Assembly (NCBI GenBank): GCA_964016885.1 | Contig: OZ024741.1 | Location: 304,606,001-304,670,000 of the forward strand | Reading direction: 5' to 3' | DNA: 64,000 nucleotides | Source of the DNA: Eledone cirrhosa | Lineage: Eukaryota | Shown here: positions 57,966 through 64,000 of the stretch, piece by piece | How the letters are laid out: each line of letters opens with the position of its first letter | Numbering within the stretch: the first letter of the stretch is position 1 | Program-made: the position numbers and the translations under genes | Notes under the pieces: model-generated | Told to the model about the DNA's origin: nothing | The model's database searches: none | The model's input: only the letters and a program-made list of their open reading frames with translations

Positions 57966-59173
57966 CAATAGATACATAACATTCTACTGAGAAAGCTGTC
58001 CAATATTGGTGTCACTGGAAAGCTGCTGCAGTGGATCAAGAGCTTCCTGTGAAACAGAACCCAACATGTTGTAGTTGAAGGAGTCAAATCCAGCCCAGCC
58101 AAAGTCAGTAGTGGGGTCCCACAAGGCACTGTGTTGGGCCCACTTCTCTTCATCATCTATATTAATGACATCACTGACATCATCAAACACAGCAACATTA
58201 AAATTTTCGTTGATGATTCCAAGCTCCAAAAGGTCATCAATGGCGTGGATGACCGGATAAGCCTTCAGTCAGACCTACTGGCTGTTACCCAATGGGCGGA
58301 AAAGAACAACATGTTACTGAACGAAGACAAATTCGAACTGATCCACTTTGGAAAAGCGGATGCTCTGAAACTCCCGTACTCCCTTCCCTCCGGGGAAACT
58401 CTCGTGGCATCTAACAACATCAGAGACTTGGGAGTAACCGTGGACATCAACATAAGCTGGGCCACGCATATAAGCAGCAAAGTTGACATGGCCCGCAGAA
58501 TGTGTTCCTGGATCCTCAGAACCTTCCAGTCGAGAGATTCCCACACCATTATCCTTCTCTTCTCTACTTTTGCCCGACCACACCTTGAATACTGTTGTCC
58601 ACTGTGGTCTCCCCACACGAAACAAAGTATCATGAAACTTGAAGCTCCTCAAAGGGCAATCACGAAAAAGATAGATGGCATGTCAGACCTTGACTACTGG
58701 GGTCGACTAGAAAAGCTGAAACTTGACTCACTCCAACGTCGCCGTGAGCGTTATATTATCTGCATGATGTGGAAAATGTTCCATCATTACTGCCCAAATG
58801 ATGTTGGCATCGCCTTCAAGATACACCCAAGGCTTGGGCCCCGTGCTATCCGTCCCATACAAAAATCTAAATCGCAACAACAATACGGCACAATTATTTC
58901 ACCTCAATCGGCCCTGCTCTCTTCAACATCACACCAGGACACGTCAAAATAGAAACTGACCACACAAAATTCAAGAAGTCTTTGGACAAATTCTTCCAAG
59001 TAATCCCAGACAAACCACCCACACCCGGATATGTCTCCGCAAACAGTAATTCTCTTCTCGAATGGGCCATGGTGCCCAAATCCTGAATTGAAAGACTTCG
59101 CCAGGTGGTGCTATTAAGTTAGACATGGCCTGGGCCAATACTGGCCAAAACATTTCAAAGTTATTCAAAGTTA
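57966..59173 (+). mobile_element. CR1/L2-group LINE, 5'-truncated, relatively young
   Basis: Encodes SGVPQGTVLGPLLFIIYIND, IFVDDSKL, RDLGV, RPHLEYCCPLWSP and SLQRRRER. 3' tail (TTCAAAGTTA)2; flanked by (TA)n. Confidence 0.92.
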
Positions 59174-60309
<1,136 letters not shown>

Positions 60310-60923
60310 TCATCATCATCATCATTATCATCGTTTAACGTCCGTGTTCCACGCTTGCATGGGTTTGGACGGGGGTTTTCCCACTTGAGGCAAGAGTGAT
60401 TGTCTTGCTCGCATAGGACTGTCTGGCAGGTTTTCTACAGTTGGATGCCCTTCCTAACACCAACCACATTTACAGTGTGGGTCTGCGAGGTTTTTACCGT
60501 GTTGCCTACACGGCCACATTACAGCGTGGACTGTGTTTTTTTGTCGTGACACCTACACGATCTCATTTGTTTCGGCCTGGATGGTGTGGCACCAACATAA
60601 CTTTACATAGAAGGGGGGGGGTGGGGGGGGGGGGTGTATTTTGTTAGAGATGCCTACTGACTGTAGTAGGTTTTACTTTGTATTTAGGTAAGGCGTGTCT
60701 TCTCTATTACTGAGTACCGACTAAGGTCTCAGTCCAGTGACATTGTCTTGGTGAGGTGTAAGTGTGTGAGGTGGGAGTTTATCAGCTCGTCCCAGGTTTT
60801 TCTGGGTCTGCCTATTCCGTGGCTACCGTCTATCTTTATTGCCCTGCACTTTGTTATACAGCTATCGTCCTTCATGCGCATCACGTGACCATACCAACGT
60901 AGCCTTCTCTCGAGTAAACAACA
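60310..60923 (-). mobile_element. RTE LINE 3' end (family Y), second long copy
   Basis: Near-identical to 36975-37612. Confidence 0.9.
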
Positions 60924-60991
60924 TATATATATATATATCTATATATATATACATATGTATATATCTATATATATATACATATGTATATATC

Positions 60992-61023
<32 letters not shown>

Positions 61024-61145
61024 TGTATATATCTCTATATATATACATATGTATATATCTATATATATATATATACATATGTATATATCTATATATATAT
61101 ATATATACATATGTATATATATATATATACACATATGTATATATC

Positions 61146-61184
<39 letters not shown>

Positions 61185-61765
61185 GTATATATCTATATAT
61201 ATATATATACATATGTATATATCTATATATATATATACATATGTATATATCTATATATATATATATACATATGTATATATCTATATATATACATATGTAT
61301 ATATCTATATATATATATACATATGTATATATATATATATATATACATATGTATATATATATATATACATATGTATATATATATATACATATGTATATAT
61401 ATATATACATACATATGTATATACATATATTTATACATATGTATATACATATATATATGTATATACATATATATATGTATATACATGTATATACATATGT
61501 ATATACATATATATATACACATGTATATACATATGTATATACATATATATATACATATGTATATACATATATATATATGTATATACATATATATATATGT
61601 ATATACATATATATATATGTATATTCATATATATATATGTATACATATATATATATGTATATTCATATATATATATGTATACATATATATCTATATGTAT
61701 ATATATATATGTATACATATATATCTATATGTATATATATATATGTATACATATATATCTATATG

Positions 61766-61801
<36 letters not shown>

Positions 61802-62956
61802 TGTATACATATATATATATGTATACATATATATATATGTATACATATATATATATGTATACATATATATATATGTATACATATATATATATGTATACAT
61901 ATATATATATATGTATACATATATATATATGTATATACATATATATATATGTATATATATATGTATATGTATATATATATGTATATGTATATATATATGT
62001 ATATGTATATGTATATATATGTATGTATATGTATATGTATGTATATGTATATACATATATATATATGTATATGTATATATATATGTATATATATATATAT
62101 GTATATACATATATATATATGTATATACATATATATATATGTATACATATATATATATGTACATACATATATATATATGTATATACATATATATATATGT
62201 ATATACATATATATATATGTATATACACATATATATATATGTATATACACATATATATATATGTATATACACATATATATATGTATATACACATATATAT
62301 ATATGTATATACACATATATATATATATGTATATACACATATATATATATGTATATACACATATATATATATGTATATACACATATATATATATGTATAT
62401 ACACATATATATATATGTATATACACATATATATATATATGTATATACACATATATATGTATATACACATATATATATGTATATACACATATATATATGT
62501 ATATACACATATATATATATATATACACATATATATATGTATATACACATATATATGTATGTACATATATATATGTATATACATATATATATATATATAC
62601 ATATATATATGTATATACATATATATATGTATATACATATATATATACATATATATATGTATATACATATATATATACATATATATATGTATATATATGT
62701 ATATACATATATATATATACATATATATATGTATAAACATATATATATGTATATACATATATAAAAATGTATATACATACATAAAAATGTATATACATAC
62801 ATAAAAATGTATATACATACATATATATATACATATGTATATACATACATACTATATATAGAGAGAGAGACAGGGGGTGGTGTATATAAAATACACATAT
62901 ATATATATATATATATACACGTACATATATATATATACACACGTATATATATACAC

Positions 62957-62987
<31 letters not shown>

Positions 62988-63045
62988 CACGTACATATAT
63001 ATGTATATAGACGTACATATATATATATACACGTACATATATACA
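60924..63045. repeat. (TA)n compound microsatellite
   Basis: Direct inspection. Confidence 0.95.
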
Positions 63046-63770
63046 TTTCTATCTATTCACGCACATATATATATATTCACGCACATTCAGCGGATGTATT
63101 TGTAGTGCATCTCAGCTATACTAACAATTGAAAGATTCACTATGGGTCGTCGTGTGTATATATATATATATATAAAACACCCACACCCACTCACACACCA
63201 AAAAAGAACTACGTATACAAGTGGGCAGATTTAGTTAGCGGCATCCGTTTTCCTCGTGTGCGAATCCCTGCATATCTATCTATGTATGGGTGTTGGTTTT
63301 ACTCGTGTTGTACATGTGAGCAAAGAGAATTATCCAAGGAGAGACAAAGAACAAATGAAAGAGCGTGGAGAAAGTGAGTTAAACGAAGATGGTACCAGTG
63401 TATAGGGTGGAGGAGGAAAATGTAAGGATAATCTTAAAAGACTCAGGAGCGGAGAAAGTAGGTGTATGGTGTGAGTATTAATGAGAAAAGGGAGAAGAGA
63501 GAGGGGGGATATAATAGAAGGTTAGACAAGAAAGAAAGAAAAAGAGAGAATATGCGTTTGTATAGGTAGGTGTATAGAAGAGAAAAAGAAACTAAATGCA
63601 CCAAGAAGTAAGCGAATAAAAGGGTCATTAGAGAGTTAAATTGATAATAAACGAGGATGGAAAGCGCGCGCGTGTGTATGGAAGAGTTGAAGATGAGATA
63701 CCTAGATAGATAAATAGAGAAAAGGCGAGAGGTAGGGAAAAAAACATGAAAGGTATGGTCGGACACTTAC

Positions 63771-63954
63771 CGTCCAAGACACACCATATTCCATCGACAT
63801 CTTCGTGTTGTATGTATGAATCCTCAATTGTTGGGTCGTAATCCTGGACAAACAGTTTCTGAAAGAATTGAATAGTGAGTGCCGATTTACCAACACCCCC
63901 TTCTCCGACTACGACCAGCTTGTAAGTGCTGGAGTCATTAGGTGGCTTCACCAT
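63771..63954 (-). CDS. MRAS: Ras-related protein M-Ras (R-Ras3), coding exon 1 (P-loop, switch I)
   Basis: Translates [47 protein letters not shown]...WCVLD; G|GTAAGT donor, phase 1. IQFFQK is M-Ras-like. Confidence 0.95.
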
Positions 63955-63974
63955 TGTGATATGTTGCCGGTTTC

Positions 63975-63986
63975 GTTCCTAGCAAC
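63975..63986 (-). promoter_or_regulatory. Possible RFX X-box upstream of the M-Ras ATG
   Basis: GTTGCTAGGAAC on the minus strand, ~20 nt before the ATG; motif resemblance only. Confidence 0.25.
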
Positions 63987-64000
63987 CCCCCTCATACACA

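Noticed and set aside
63889-63906. M-Ras P-loop GEGGVG instead of GDGGVG as an activating variant
   Set aside because: It is a conservative change at a variable position; the G12/G13-equivalent glycines are intact.

Overview
AT-rich animal genomic DNA, most likely an octopus-type cephalopod (inferred from the very long (TA)n tracts, tRNA-derived SINEs and RTE LINEs; not confirmed by any search). There are two convergent spliced genes. (1) A + strand secreted signal peptide-PAN/Apple-EGF-fibrinogen-domain (FReD) gene has 4 coding exons (2438-11747, 355 aa). (2) A - strand M-Ras gene runs from 63954 to 19685. Its exons 1, 3, 4 and 5 are present, but the DTAGQEE exon was not found and probably lies in the 200-N gap at 30566-30765. 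Most of the remaining sequence is TE debris (RTE, CR1/L2, CRE, mariner, piggyBac MITE, SINEs), a 22-bp minisatellite and (TA)n tracts. The main discovery lies between M-Ras exons 1 and 3: a 466/472-bp 'satellite' (37796-56425) carries a complete type I hammerhead ribozyme in 35 of its units. Each has CUGAUGA, helix II, GAAA, a palindromic mini helix III, a GUA site and an extended helix I. The unit also has an octamer/PSE-like promoter, the array ends fall at ATTTA inside (TA)n, and there is an internal inversion. This looks like a young retrozyme (ribozyme-processed circular-RNA retroelement) array. Three more Penelope-type hammerhead/inverted-repeat loci occur at about 250, 18.9 kb and 32.5 kb. 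All RNA folds were derived by eye and none has been tested.
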